A stretch of DNA of 64,000 nucleotides from an uncultured Myxococcales bacterium. Lineage in GTDB: Bacteria; Myxococcota_A; UBA9042; CAIXZC01. The stretch's first letter is position 1. Each line of letters opens with the position of its first letter. Shown in pieces: positions 1 through 10,474 of this stretch. The stretch covers positions 99,747-163,746 of the forward strand of contig CAZQHM010000002.1 in assembly GCA_964593355.1 (NCBI GenBank), in the 5' to 3' direction. Under the pieces are notes generated by a model. That model had not been told where the DNA came from, did no database searches, and worked only from the letters and a program-made list of their open reading frames with translations. A program made the translations under genes and the position numbers.

Positions 1-572
1 AACCCCGTCAGCTCCTCAAAATCTCCATCAGCAGGACGATACGCTGCCGGAACACTGGTGAGGGAATCCACCAACATCTGCCCATCGGCAGAAACGGCCA
101 CGTTCTCGCCTTGGGATACCTTGGTGTAGACATTGTTACCCTGTTCGTAGAGCCCCTCGGGTTTGAGCACGTCACCCTCCAGAACCTTCCACACGGCGTA
201 GCCCTCCACAGTGTGGAATCCCGCACCGTAAAGCACTCCGTCGGGACCACGCCGAATATCGTTCACCCGCACCTGCTCAAAGTGGCGCAGCGACTCCCAG
301 CTCCTGCCACCATCCTGCGTAAGGTACATCCCCTTCCCCTCGGCATTCTGCCCGCAGCCGGCATACCCCACCTCACGATCGTCAAACCAGAGCGCATTAG
401 TCGCCGACCCGGGGCAAGGCCCCTCCACCAGTTCCCAATCCCCATCATCGCCAGGCCAGGTCGCCCCCTGCGAGGAGTAAGGATCATCAACCTCCGACGA
501 GGATTCGTCCTGCGGAAAGACGCACGATGTGACCACGAAAGAGACAGCCAGAACCAACGGTATGATTCGCAT
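1..572 (-). CDS. Hypothetical lipoprotein, 3' end runs off the window. N-terminus is MRIIPLVLAVSFVVTSCVF.
   Basis: Minus-strand frame is open from ATG at 570-572 to position 1. GGAGG sits 6 nt upstream. Signal peptide with lipobox-like VTSC. Not in the ORF track because its stop lies outside the window. Confidence 0.5.
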   Translation of the reverse strand, partial: MRIIPLVLAVSFVVTSCVFPQDESSSEVDDPYSSQGATWPGDDGDWELVEGPCPGSATNALWFDDREVGYAGCGQNAEGKGMYLTQDGGRSWESLRHFEQVRVNDIRRGPDGVLYGAGFHTVEGYAVWKVLEGDVLKPEGLYEQGNNVYTKVSQGENVAVSADGQMLVDSLTSVPAAYRPADGDFEELTG

Positions 573-1041
573 GATGGCCTCCGGAAAGAGCAATGATACT
601 GCTTCTCCGAAGAAAGTGTAGTGCCATCTGCATGGACCAGCTCCAAGAGAAGCAGCGGCCCATACGCCCTGCCCCTTCACTCCCCCTCCAAGCTGCCTCT
701 TCCCCACCCGCCTCGCTGCCGCAACCGAACCACCAACCACCAACCACTAACTACCAAATCACCGTTAGCAACGACCACCCACCAATTACAACCCACCCAC
801 AACAGTTCCGATATTTTAGATCGCTTTTTGCATATAGACTCGTGGTTAATAAATGGCGACTCATTGCGCAGCCCCTTCCTTACGGGCGGGGCTCGGAATC
901 GCACTAGCAACCCTTGATTCAATGGCCGTCTTGCAACACCGTATTACTAAACGGCTAACGCCACTATCAGGGACACCCCGGTCATCATCAACCTTCGAAC
1001 TCAATGCCTCTCATTGCAGCTTGGCGCTTCGGTGCCCTGGC

Positions 1042-2226
1042 TTAGAGCTTCAGATGCTTCCGAATACGACTTGCGGCCTCTTCTACCTGCTCCAGGCGAG
1101 GCACCAGCGCGAATCGGACATACTGGTCACCAGGGTTGGTGCCGTCGTGGGCCGTGTCCGTTATCCACGCCCCGGGCGTCACTACCAACGCCAGATCGTC
1201 CGCCAGAAGCTTCTTGGCAAACTCCACCGAATCGTATCCATCCGGTACCCGCTGCCATACATAGAACGTCGCCTCGGGCATCTCAACTGTCAGGCCAGCA
1301 TCACTCAGAGCCCCCAGCAGAACGTCCCGCTTGCTGCGGTAGAGATTGCGCATGTAGGAAACATGCTCTTCGTCCCCTAGCGCTGCTATGGCACCGTCTT
1401 GTATAAAACTCGGAGTTCCCGAATCTATATTTGTCTTAAGTTTCTTCATGTTACCAATTACATTTGCATCCCCCGCTGCCCAGCCAACCCTGTATCCTGT
1501 CATGTTGTTTCTTTTCGACATTGAATAGAATGTAATCACGCCCTCTTTAGCAACTTCAAGAATCGAGTGCGGCTTCTCATCATAATAAATATCAATATAG
1601 CATCCCTCGTCGGCAGCGACAAGGATTTCGTATTTTTGGGCCCAATCCACAAGCTTCTTATAGTATTCAATTGAGGCAATACGGCCCGTGGGCGAATTCG
1701 GATAGTTTATCCAGATAATCTTGGCCTTGCGGGCAATCTCTTCTGGAATCGACTCGAAATCCAACATAAACCCGTTGGCCTCGGTCAAGGGCGCAAAATA
1801 GGGAATCCCCTCCGCAAAGAGGGTGCCACGCTTCATCGGTGGATAGCCCGGAGTAGGGATTATCACCACGTCACCGGGATCGAGATAGGCCTCGGGGAAG
1901 TTGAAGATGGCCTCTTTGGAACCCAGCGTTGCACAAATCTCCGTGGCAGGATCAAGCCGGACGCCGAACCTGCGCTGCATCCATTGGGCCGCCGCTGTTC
2001 GGTACGACTCCATGCCTATGTAGCTGGGATAGCCCGTGCATGCATGGTCATCCACCCCCTTCTGAGTAGCCTTGCGAACCAGTTCCGGCGTTGGGTCCAG
2101 GGGATCCCCAACTCCAAAATCGATGGCCTTGATGCCTCGCTCCTGAAGCTGCGCCACAAGTCTGTCCACTTCAGCAAAGGCGTATCCGCCAAGTGACTGC
2201 AATCGTTTCGATGGAGATATGCTCAT
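1042..2226 (-). CDS. PLP-dependent class I/II aminotransferase, LL-diaminopimelate aminotransferase (DapL)-like
   Basis: N-terminal KRLQSLGGYAFAEVD...IDFGVGDP and the SMSKRNNMTGYRVGW PLP-lysine segment. Start re-placed at internal MSISPSK with an upstream GGAGG. The 150-aa N-terminal extension in the ORF track runs through the GGCGAC repeat and is rejected. Confidence 0.6.
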   Translation of the reverse strand: MSISPSKRLQSLGGYAFAEVDRLVAQLQERGIKAIDFGVGDPLDPTPELVRKATQKGVDDHACTGYPSYIGMESYRTAAAQWMQRRFGVRLDPATEICATLGSKEAIFNFPEAYLDPGDVVIIPTPGYPPMKRGTLFAEGIPYFAPLTEANGFMLDFESIPEEIARKAKIIWINYPNSPTGRIASIEYYKKLVDWAQKYEILVAADEGCYIDIYYDEKPHSILEVAKEGVITFYSMSKRNNMTGYRVGWAAGDANVIGNMKKLKTNIDSGTPSFIQDGAIAALGDEEHVSYMRNLYRSKRDVLLGALSDAGLTVEMPEATFYVWQRVPDGYDSVEFAKKLLADDLALVVTPGAWITDTAHDGTNPGDQYVRFALVPRLEQVEEAASRIRKHLKL

Positions 2227-2289
2227 GTTGGTGCCTCCAAGATTCTTGGGGCCGGATGGTAGTAGAAAGGGCCATGGGAGGCAACACCC

Positions 2290-2600
2290 CTTCACCACTG
2301 GTCCCGCCGGCCAGGGGACAGAGCTATGCCGGCGACGGCGACGGCGACGGAAACGGAAACGGCCACGGGCTGCAGGAGAACGGCGGGACAGTGGGACCGG
2401 GGACAGAGCTATGCCGGCGACGGCGACGGCGACGGGGAACAGGAGAACGGCGGGACTGCGTACGGAGCAATGCCGGCGACGGCGACGGCGACGGAAACGG
2501 GAACGGCGACGGGGAACAGGAGAACGCCTCAGAGCGGCCAGGAAAATCCCCTCTCCCGGTCCGGGAGAGGGCAGGATGAGGGCCTCACCGTGATGGGCGC
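2290..2600. repeat. GC-rich intergenic tandem repeat with three ~90-bp units, each carrying a (GGCGAC)3 core followed by GGAAAC/GGGAAC hexamers
   Basis: Direct reading shows ggcgacggcgacggcgacgg three times with the shared flank gacagagctatgccggcgacgg. All frames are open (poly-Arg and DGDGDGNGNG artefact ORFs). Related to the elements at 53440-53700 and 54060-54260. Confidence 0.7.
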
Positions 2601-3433
2601 CAGCGAGACCAATTCCCGTTTGGAACCGGAATGACGTCGGCCGCACCGGTGAGCAGCATCTCGCCGCACTCAAGGGTGCCCGGCCCCAGGAGCTGGTCCA
2701 GGAGGTTCCTCAGCACTATGGGCGATAGCCCCGGCGTGTGGCTGGTCAACAGAACAAAGGACGGTTTGTCCGAAAGCACCGCCTTGCACCCCTTCAAGGT
2801 GGTCATCAGATCCTTCTCGATCTTGTACAGCTCTCCCTTCTTCCCTCGCCCGAAGGAGGGGGGGTCGAGGATAATGGCATCGTACTTCTTCTGGCGGCTC
2901 TGCTCGCGCACCAGGAACTTGATCACGTCGTCCACGATCCAACGGATTGGGGCAGACTCCAGACCGTTTAGCTGGGCGTTCTCTCGGGCCCAGTCGACCA
3001 TACCCTTGGATGCGTCCAGATGACACACCTTCGCCCCCGATCTGGCAGCGGCCATGGTCGCCCCGCCAGAGTAGGCAAAGAGGTTCAATACGTTGAGCTC
3101 CTGGGAGCGGGACCGCTGGTCGTTGGTCAGGGTTGCGGTGATCCAGTTCCACAGATCCCGGGTCTCTGGGAAGACCCCAAGATGACCGAAATCCGTGGTG
3201 GAGAGTCGCATCTTGATGTCGTTGATGGTAACGACCCAGCTCTCGGGAAGCTTCTCCCGCCCCTTCCAGTTGAGGCCGTCTACTCTATCGAAGGTTGCGC
3301 TGGCACGGCCCCACAGCTCCGGTCTAGCCGGCTCCCAAATGGCCTGCGCACAGGGGCGGGCTAGGACAATGCTGCCGAATCTCTCCAGCTTTGCCCCGTG
3401 CCCGCTATCGACCAGTTCGTACTGATTCATCAC
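2585..3433 (-). CDS. Class I SAM-dependent RNA methyltransferase, RlmI/YccW catalytic-domain-like
   Basis: Motifs [15 protein letters not shown] (SAM binding), [19 protein letters not shown] and [15 protein letters not shown] (DPPxF-like). Confidence 0.6.
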   Translation of the reverse strand: MMNQYELVDSGHGAKLERFGSIVLARPCAQAIWEPARPELWGRASATFDRVDGLNWKGREKLPESWVVTINDIKMRLSTTDFGHLGVFPETRDLWNWITATLTNDQRSRSQELNVLNLFAYSGGATMAAARSGAKVCHLDASKGMVDWARENAQLNGLESAPIRWIVDDVIKFLVREQSRQKKYDAIILDPPSFGRGKKGELYKIEKDLMTTLKGCKAVLSDKPSFVLLTSHTPGLSPIVLRNLLDQLLGPGTLECGEMLLTGAADVIPVPNGNWSRWRPSR

Positions 3434-3452
3434 ACTCGACCAAAGCGGCCGA

Positions 3453-4526
3453 TTACTCCTGGCTGGCCATGTACTGCAGCAGATCGGCGATACGGCAAGC
3501 GTAGCCGTACTCGTTGTCGTACCAGGTCACCAGCTTGAAGAATCGCTTGTTGTCCTTGAACTCCACGCCGGCGTGGTAGTCGAAAATCGAACTGCGGCTG
3601 TCCCCTACTATGTCCATGCTCACCAGCGGATCCTTGGTGAAGCCAAAAATCCCCTTCATTCCACCCTCCTCCAGAGGCGTGTTCGCTGCTTCTTCAACCT
3701 TGGCAGCAATCTCGTCCAGAGTGGCGTCCTTCTTGAGAATCACAGTCAGGTCAACCACCGAGCCCGTGGGGGTGGGCACGCGGAATGCCATGCCCGTCAG
3801 CTTGCCCTTCATCTCAGGCATCACAAGCCCAACGGCCTTTGCCGCACCCGTGGTGCTGGGAATGATGCTCAAAGCACCGGCGCGGGCCATTCTCAGACGG
3901 TCCGGTGCGGTCTTGTTCACAGGGGTGTCCACCATCTTCTGCGTGCTGGTGTATGCATGAACCGTGGTCATGAGCCCCGTCTCAACACCCCAGTTGTCGT
4001 GCAGAACCTTCACCAGCGGCGCCAAACCGTTGGTGGTGCAGCTTGCATTGGAGATCAGAGTGTGCACCGCTGGATCGTACTCTTTATGGTTCACACCGAT
4101 AACCACCGTCTTCACGTCGGCATCCTGCTTGCACGGAGCCGAGACCAGAACACGCTTTGCCCCGCCGGCAAGGTGCTTCCTTGGATCGTTGGCGGGTTTT
4201 GCCGTATCCACGAATATTCCGGTGGATTCAAGCACATAGTCTACCCCCAGCTCTTTCCAGGGCAGCGTGGCAGGGTCGGTGTTGGCGTAGAATTTGATGG
4301 TCTTGCCATTAATAATTAGATTGTCTTCCTGGACTTCGACGGTGCCCTTGAAGCCTCTGTAAACAGAATCGTATTTCAACATATAAGCAAGAACTTCGAG
4401 CTTGCTAATATCATTTATTGCCACGACTTCGATGTCCGGATACTGATTCGGATTCTCAGCGAGAACCTTCAGTACCAATCTGCCAATTCTTCCGAAACCA
4501 TTGATTGCAATCTTAACCTTCGCCAT
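3453..4526 (-). CDS. gap: Glyceraldehyde-3-phosphate dehydrogenase
   Basis: [11 protein letters not shown]-binding motif, ISNASCTTN catalytic-Cys motif, WYDNEYGY C-terminus. Start placed at [16 protein letters not shown] with upstream AAGGAG. Confidence 0.9.
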   Translation of the reverse strand: MAKVKIAINGFGRIGRLVLKVLAENPNQYPDIEVVAINDISKLEVLAYMLKYDSVYRGFKGTVEVQEDNLIINGKTIKFYANTDPATLPWKELGVDYVLESTGIFVDTAKPANDPRKHLAGGAKRVLVSAPCKQDADVKTVVIGVNHKEYDPAVHTLISNASCTTNGLAPLVKVLHDNWGVETGLMTTVHAYTSTQKMVDTPVNKTAPDRLRMARAGALSIIPSTTGAAKAVGLVMPEMKGKLTGMAFRVPTPTGSVVDLTVILKKDATLDEIAAKVEEAANTPLEEGGMKGIFGFTKDPLVSMDIVGDSRSSIFDYHAGVEFKDNKRFFKLVTWYDNEYGYACRIADLLQYMASQE

Positions 4527-4879
4527 GATTCCACTCCTTGTTGATGGTCCGTAAGACCGGCCCAAGTTTGTGCTTTTCGGCGCTTTTGTCAAGGCCGAAC
4601 CCCCCGAAATGGAGCCCTATCCTGGATGATAATTTGGTCCACAGAGCGATGGCCGCTAGAATGGCGCCCCTTGGGTTGCCATCTTCCCAGTTCGTGGCTG
4701 AGGAGGCCCCGTTGGTATTTGTCAGTCACGATGTGCCTGCAAATTGGAGGAAGCCCTTGGCTGTGACAGAAGTATCAGGAATAGTGGCGGGTTATGTGGG
4801 TTGGAGTGATATGCTGTTTTGTTGATTAGACCACCACGGTCTGCAACTGAGTCCGGCCAGCCCGGACCCGGGAGGTACG

Positions 4880-7174
4880 ATGCCAGGTTCTATTGCGGTT
4901 GCACTCTGCTTCGGTCTCTTCGCCACAGGCTTCCCCGTTGACCAGGCCTCCGGCCAACTCCGTGACGCCTCCAAATTCGTCATGTCGGCCAGCCAACAGC
5001 AGTCGGCCGGAATGGACCTTACGCCCTTTAGCCAAGGCCATCCCCATTGGAAGCGAGGCGATGAGCTCTGGGCCGATGGAAAGCAGTCCGAGGCGCTCAA
5101 GGCCTTCGCCAAAGCGCTCAAGGGCATGAAGAGGGGAACCGACGAATGGGCCGCCCTGGCCTTGAGAGTGGGGACGCTGCTCAAGGACGCCGACAGATGT
5201 GCCGATGCCCTCCCATGGCTGGACAAAGCAGATATGGAGAGCTTCCTTGGCCGAAACTGGGCCAGATACGAAAAGGGCCAGTGCCTGCGCACCCTGAAAC
5301 GGGGCGACGAAGCGGCCCTCGTATTCCAGCGTGTGGAGCCCTGGCACTCCAATATGGCCCTTGTTACCCGTTGCCTCTGCTTTGCCCTCCTGGAGTCGGG
5401 AAAACGGGACGAGTTCCTTCTTTGTGCAGCGCAGCATCGAGAGAAATTCGGATCAGATCCCAAGCTGCTCGGCGACGAGGCCCGAATCATGAAAGAGTCC
5501 GGCCATGCTGCCAAAGCAGCGGATCTTCTCCGCATGATCGCCTCCAAACACCCCACTTCCAGCGCGGCAAGGGGGGTTCTCAAAGAGCTCAAAGAGCTGG
5601 CCCCAAAGGCTGGTCCTTCAGCAGAACTGACCAAGAGCGAGTGGGTGAGCCGGGCGCTGGGGTTCTACGATAGGCACAAGTTCAAGAGTGCCCTGGGCGC
5701 TGCCGAAATCGTCCTCGATACGGCCACCCCGGCCAGCCGGGAGTGGTGCGATGCGGCGGCAGTCAAGGGTGCGGCCCTGGCACGCGCCAGAGAACAGACC
5801 AAATCGTTGCCTCACTTCGAAACGTGGCTCGAAAAATGCCCCACCATGCTCTCGGATATCTACCTCTACAGAGCCTCCGAGGCCGCCAGAGCTGCCGGGC
5901 GACCCGACATGGTGAACCGCTTCGTTGATGCGATGCTCAAGCACTTCCCAACCTCTCGATACTGCGACGACGTGCTGCTCTTTCTGGCCAGGGCCGAAGA
6001 GCGGGCCGGCAACAGCAAGGCCCGGGAGAAGGCTCTGAATCTTGTGCTGGAGCAGTATCCTACCGCTGACATGGCTTCCGAGGCAGCATTCCAACTGCTC
6101 TTCCCCGCCTTCCTGGACAAGCAGTACCAGAAGGTCATCGACCTGGCCCAGAAGTACATCCCGTTGCTGCCTCAACGGGAAGACTACCGCACCGATGGTA
6201 GGCTGGCTTACTGGCTTGCCAGATCCCTCACCAAGAAGGGCAAAAAGGCCGCAGCAAGAGAGGTCTACGGTGAGATTCTCCGGGACTACCCCCTGAGCTG
6301 GTACGGGCTGCTGGCCTACCTACGCCTGGAAGAGACCAAAAAGGGGCTGGGCGAGAAAGAAGTGGCCCGGGTCACAGCGGCCTCCATGCCCCTGCTGCCC
6401 TCAATGTCTCAAGTGCTGGCCTCGGCTCCTTCGCACCTTCCGAATCTGCAGGCTGGAGCCCTGCTGCTCAAAGCCGGGCTTACATCCGAGGCCCGCTCGG
6501 AGTTCACCCAGGCCTTCGCAATCCTGGGCTCCGGCGATGTCTCAGTGCGCCTGCTTGAGGCGGCCCTCTATCACGTCAGTGGACATATCTCCATCTCCCA
6601 CCAGATAATGAGAAGAGCAATCCCCGAGCACGCCTACACCTGGCCCAAAAAGGAAGACGACCGCTGGTGGCTTGTGGCCTATCCCCAGGGCTACCCCGAG
6701 AAGCTCAAAGCCGAAGCCAAGCGCCAGGGAGTACCATGGTCCTTCGTCATGGCAGTCATGCGCGAAGAGTCTGGCTTCAACCCCGAAATCGTCTCCTACG
6801 CAAACGCCTTCGGCCTGCTTCAGATCCTTCCCAAAACCGCCTCGGATGTGGCGAAAAAGAAGATCACCGGCGAGCAGCTCAAGAACCCGGATATCAACAT
6901 CCCCATCGGTGTTGAGTACTTCGCCTGGCTGCTGAAACGCTTCGAACACCCGGCCCTGGCCGCTGCTGGATACAACTCGGGCCCAGGCGGCGTTCAGAAG
7001 AGCTTCGGACGCTACGACGGACATCAACTGGACGAGTTCGTGGAGAGCATCCCCTTCGACCAGACCCGACGATACACCAAACGGGTGGTCTCGTCGGCCT
7101 GGCGCTACCACGTTCTTTATGGAGACTCTGACTGGAGTAAGATCGGATTGAAAATCAAGCGGCCCAAGAAGTAG
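4880..7174 (+). CDS. slt: Soluble lytic murein transglycosylase (Slt70-like): superhelical TPR-like N-domain plus C-terminal SLT catalytic domain
   Basis: C-terminal MREESGFNPEIVSYANAFGLLQILPKTA...AAAGYNSGPGGV carries the ES / GLMQ-like / AYNAG lytic transglycosylase motifs. N-terminal signal-like segment. GGGAGG upstream. Confidence 0.8.
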   Translation: MPGSIAVALCFGLFATGFPVDQASGQLRDASKFVMSASQQQSAGMDLTPFSQGHPHWKRGDELWADGKQSEALKAFAKALKGMKRGTDEWAALALRVGTLLKDADRCADALPWLDKADMESFLGRNWARYEKGQCLRTLKRGDEAALVFQRVEPWHSNMALVTRCLCFALLESGKRDEFLLCAAQHREKFGSDPKLLGDEARIMKESGHAAKAADLLRMIASKHPTSSAARGVLKELKELAPKAGPSAELTKSEWVSRALGFYDRHKFKSALGAAEIVLDTATPASREWCDAAAVKGAALARAREQTKSLPHFETWLEKCPTMLSDIYLYRASEAARAAGRPDMVNRFVDAMLKHFPTSRYCDDVLLFLARAEERAGNSKAREKALNLVLEQYPTADMASEAAFQLLFPAFLDKQYQKVIDLAQKYIPLLPQREDYRTDGRLAYWLARSLTKKGKKAAAREVYGEILRDYPLSWYGLLAYLRLEETKKGLGEKEVARVTAASMPLLPSMSQVLASAPSHLPNLQAGALLLKAGLTSEARSEFTQAFAILGSGDVSVRLLEAALYHVSGHISISHQIMRRAIPEHAYTWPKKEDDRWWLVAYPQGYPEKLKAEAKRQGVPWSFVMAVMREESGFNPEIVSYANAFGLLQILPKTASDVAKKKITGEQLKNPDINIPIGVEYFAWLLKRFEHPALAAAGYNSGPGGVQKSFGRYDGHQLDEFVESIPFDQTRRYTKRVVSSAWRYHVLYGDSDWSKIGLKIKRPKK

Positions 7175-7189
7175 ACTTACCCACGGCGC

Positions 7190-10100
7190 TTAGCCCCCGC
7201 AAGTTACCTTTATAGTATAGCTGCCTTCTTCGCCATTATAGCCGTCAATTACTATGAAGTAGGTGTTGCCTGCAACAGCATCGATGGTGATGTCGTTCAA
7301 GCCCCAGTCCATGCACTCCGAGGCCAGGCACGATCCGTCAGAGGCTTCGCTCAACACCATAATGTCGAGATCGGCACTCTCGTCGCTGAGCGTGAAAGTC
7401 ACTGGGCCCGTGGCTTCGGCCTGGAAGATATAGGTGTACTCGGCGCCGGGGTAGTCGAAGAAGTTGCACCCATAGTTGTCCAGAAGATCCGTTGCGCCAG
7501 GATTCAAGGTCGACCAGGAGTCAGATGAATCACAGTAGAGGGTCCAGTCCGGCACGCACTGGTCAAAGGGACACGCCTCGCTGCCTGGCAGGCAGTCCTC
7601 GCTGTCTTCGCAGTCTACAAGCCCGTCCTGGTCATCGTCGATGCCGTCGGAGCAGTTCTGTTCGGTCAGTGGCACGCAGCCCACGGTGATGGTGAAGAGG
7701 CCGGTTCCCGGCAAGGCGCCACCCTCGAAGCCGTCGACCACGAAGAAGTAGGTCTTGCCCGCCTCAGCCTGGAACGATGCCGTCGAATAGTCAAAGGCTA
7801 TGCAGGCTGTGGGCTGGCAACCGGTTCCCGAAGACTCAAGGATCATGACGTCGGTGTCGGCTTCTTCCTCGGAGAGGGTCACAGTTACCGTGGCGTCGTA
7901 TTCTGCTGTAAAGCTGTATGTGTATTCAGGAGCAGAATAAGTAAATATAGAGCAGGGATAGCTTTCTATGACATCAGTGCTGCCTGTCCAGGAGTTGTCC
8001 CATCGGTCGGTTCCACCACATACCAGTGTCCAGTCGGGTTGGCACACGCCGCAAAGCTGCGTTCCGCCGGGCTGGCATACACCTTCCAGGCAGAAGTCTC
8101 CTTCGGTGCACGGGTCGTTGTCATCGCAGGCGCCGTCGAAGTTGGCGGCTATGCAGCCCACCACGGGGTCGCATGAATCGGTGGTGCACTGGTTGCCGTC
8201 GTTGCAATCGGGTGCGCCGGTGCCGGTGCAGAGGCCCTGCTGGCAGAGGTCCGTGAGCGTGCAGGCGTTGGAGTCGTCACACAGTCGGTCATCGGGGGCA
8301 TTGATCTTCTCGCACAGCCCCGTGGCCGGAACGCACTCGGTGCGCTGGCACTGGGTATCGGAGGAGGTGTCGCAGGTGACGATAGAGTCGGGATCGATGA
8401 GGCACTTGTAGCCAATGCAGCGGTAGACACCATTGCAGAGGTCTTCGTCGTCACGCTCGGCACAGTCGGCATCAACGGTGCATGTGCACTCTGGGTTGGG
8501 CTGGCCCTTGCATACGCCTTGAACGCAGATGTCGTCCAGCGTGCAGTAGTCGTTATCGTTGCAGGAGTTGTTGTTGTAGGTGTAGACGCAGCCTATTGCG
8601 CTGCTGCAGCCGTCCGACGTGCAGATGTTGCCGTCGTCGCAGACGATGTTCTGGCCCTTGCACAGGCCCCCTACGCAGGTGTCGTTCTTGGTGCAAGCGT
8701 TGGCATCATCGCAGGTGGTAGCATCGGCAGCGGCCTTGACTTCGCAGGCCCCAGTCTCGGGGATGCAGGCCACGGTCTGGCATGAGGTGGTGGGGACGTC
8801 GGCGCAATCCACGACCGAACCCTCTTTCACCACGCAGCGCTTGTTGATGCAACTCATGACTCCGTTGCACAGATCACCGTCGTCAACGCAATCCTCGTCG
8901 GTGTTGCAGTTACAGGTGGGATCGGGGTCGCCCACGCAGGCGCCGTTGACGCACTTATCGTTGATGGTGCAGGGGTCGCCATCGCCGCAATTCCCCTCTT
9001 TGGGTGCATTCACGCATCCCGTTGCAGGATCACAAGAGTCCTGGGTGCAGGCGTTGTTGTCGTTGCAGGCCACTGGCAGACCAACGCAAGCGCCCGCAGA
9101 GCAGTAGTCGTCTTTGGTGCAGGCGTTGGCGTCGTTGCAGGCCGTGCCGTTGAGTGCAAGCTTGTTCTCGCACTCGCCGGTGGAAGGATTGCATGCGTTG
9201 GTCTTGCAAGGATTGTCCGTGCCAGGGCACATGACAATAGAGGTAGGATCGTTCTTGCACTGCCCTGAGATGCACTTCACAAGACCGTTGCAGAGATTGC
9301 CGTCTTCGAACTGCTGGCACTCAACGTCGCTGGTGCAGCCGCTGCAGTCGGGCAAGGGTTCGCCTGTGCAGACGCCCTGCTTGCAGCCGTCGTCCTTCGT
9401 ACAGAGGTCGCCGTCGTTGCAGGAGGTTCCGTCGGGGGCCGAGGTCTTGGTGCAGCCGGTCGCCGGGTCGCAACTGTCCGTGGTGCACGGGTTGCCGTCG
9501 TTGCAGTTCACCGTAGTGCCCAGGCACGTCCCGGCCGTACACGTCTCATCCTTGGTGCAGGCGTTTCCATCGCTGCACGGCTTGCCGTTCTCCAAGTTCT
9601 TGTACTTGCACTGGCCGTCCTGAGGATCGCAAGAGACGCTCTTACAGGCCACCTCGGGCATGTTGCTGCAGTCGACCGCACTCGTAGGATCGGCCACGCA
9701 CTCCTGGTTGATGCACTTCACAAGACCGTTGCAGAGATTGCCGTCGTCGTACTTCACGCAGTCGGCGTCCCCCGTGCATGGATCGCATATGGTCTCGCCG
9801 CCAACACAGGCCCCATCCTTGCAGGCGTCGTCCTTGGTGCACTTGTTGCCGTCGTCGCAAGGCTGGGTGTTGTTGACGAACTGGCATTCGCCAGTTTCGG
9901 GGTTGCACTGGTCGTCAGTGCAGATACTACCGTCCGAGCATGCTTTGGGCTGCCCCTTGCACTGCCCTTGCAGGCACTGGTCGTTGTCCGTGCACTTGTC
10001 ACCATCATCACAAATCTTCCCGTTGGTCGAATCGATGACCTGACATACCTTGTCTACACAGGCAATCTCCTGACACGGACCGGGAAGCCCCTTGCCCGTG

Positions 10101-10291
10101 CAGTCGGCAGCGGTGTTGCAGCCCTCAGGGGTGGTGTCGGGCTGGGCCGTATCCTCCTGCCCCAGGTCAAAAAGAATGGCATCTGTGCCCGCATCTTTCT
10201 GATCTTCCTCCATTACAACGGTACCCCCACCGCCGCAGCCAGCGGCCAGCGCTAGTGCTAGAATGAAACTCAAAATGCTCGTAATCTTCAT
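7190..10291 (-). CDS. Giant secreted lipoprotein with about 20 Myxococcus-type cysteine-rich repeats (C-x-D-G/D-N-x-C-T-x-D-x-C) and two C-terminal pre-peptidase C-terminal (PPC)-like beta-sandwich domains
   Basis: Lipoprotein signal MKITSILSFILALALAAGCGGGG. Repeats such as CNDGNPCTTDSCDPATGC, CSDGNACTKDETC and CDDGNKCTKDDAC recur through the protein. Two repeats of YTYSFTAEYDATVTVTLS.../YTYIFQAEATGPVTFTLSD... at the C-terminus. GGAGGA RBS. Confidence 0.75.
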   Translation of the reverse strand: MKITSILSFILALALAAGCGGGGTVVMEEDQKDAGTDAILFDLGQEDTAQPDTTPEGCNTAADCTGKGLPGPCQEIACVDKVCQVIDSTNGKICDDGDKCTDNDQCLQGQCKGQPKACSDGSICTDDQCNPETGECQFVNNTQPCDDGNKCTKDDACKDGACVGGETICDPCTGDADCVKYDDGNLCNGLVKCINQECVADPTSAVDCSNMPEVACKSVSCDPQDGQCKYKNLENGKPCSDGNACTKDETCTAGTCLGTTVNCNDGNPCTTDSCDPATGCTKTSAPDGTSCNDGDLCTKDDGCKQGVCTGEPLPDCSGCTSDVECQQFEDGNLCNGLVKCISGQCKNDPTSIVMCPGTDNPCKTNACNPSTGECENKLALNGTACNDANACTKDDYCSAGACVGLPVACNDNNACTQDSCDPATGCVNAPKEGNCGDGDPCTINDKCVNGACVGDPDPTCNCNTDEDCVDDGDLCNGVMSCINKRCVVKEGSVVDCADVPTTSCQTVACIPETGACEVKAAADATTCDDANACTKNDTCVGGLCKGQNIVCDDGNICTSDGCSSAIGCVYTYNNNSCNDNDYCTLDDICVQGVCKGQPNPECTCTVDADCAERDDEDLCNGVYRCIGYKCLIDPDSIVTCDTSSDTQCQRTECVPATGLCEKINAPDDRLCDDSNACTLTDLCQQGLCTGTGAPDCNDGNQCTTDSCDPVVGCIAANFDGACDDNDPCTEGDFCLEGVCQPGGTQLCGVCQPDWTLVCGGTDRWDNSWTGSTDVIESYPCSIFTYSAPEYTYSFTAEYDATVTVTLSEEEADTDVMILESSGTGCQPTACIAFDYSTASFQAEAGKTYFFVVDGFEGGALPGTGLFTITVGCVPLTEQNCSDGIDDDQDGLVDCEDSEDCLPGSEACPFDQCVPDWTLYCDSSDSWSTLNPGATDLLDNYGCNFFDYPGAEYTYIFQAEATGPVTFTLSDESADLDIMVLSEASDGSCLASECMDWGLNDITIDAVAGNTYFIVIDGYNGEEGSYTIKVTCGG

Positions 10292-10474
10292 ACTTCATCC
10301 TCCAATAAATCGCTTAACTCGGTATTACCGACGCTTTGGGCGCGCATCGTAACTCCGATCTGCCCCTGAAGTCAAACCAAGGTCGCCGTTTCCGCATGGC
10401 GCTTGACTGAGAGGCAAGGCGCTTGTCTAGCACCAGTGCACGTGGTAGCTTCGCACGCAGTTATGGAGGGTCTC

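Noticed and set aside
2290-2600. CRISPR array
   Set aside because: Units are tandem and contiguous with no unique spacers. The hexamer cores are too short, and no cas genes are present.
2193-2634. Plus-strand ORFs (2193..2579, 2219..2593, 2326..2634) encoding DGDGDGNGNG, poly-Arg and ATATATETE peptides
   Set aside because: These are frame artefacts of the (GGCGAC)n repeat. All three frames are open and there is no RBS. The 5' end is antisense to the aminotransferase start.
2227-2673. 150-aa N-terminal extension of the aminotransferase ORF (1042..2673)
   Set aside because: The extension runs through the repeat region with poly-Arg translation. An internal ATG with GGAGG at 2226 gives a canonical aminotransferase N-terminus.
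4792-5634. Minus-strand ORFs (4792..5634, 4826..5437, 5618..6175, 6542..7111) antisense to the lytic transglycosylase gene
   Set aside because: They overlap a well-supported plus-strand gene, and their amino-acid composition is Arg/Ser/Pro-rich as expected for GC-rich antisense frames.
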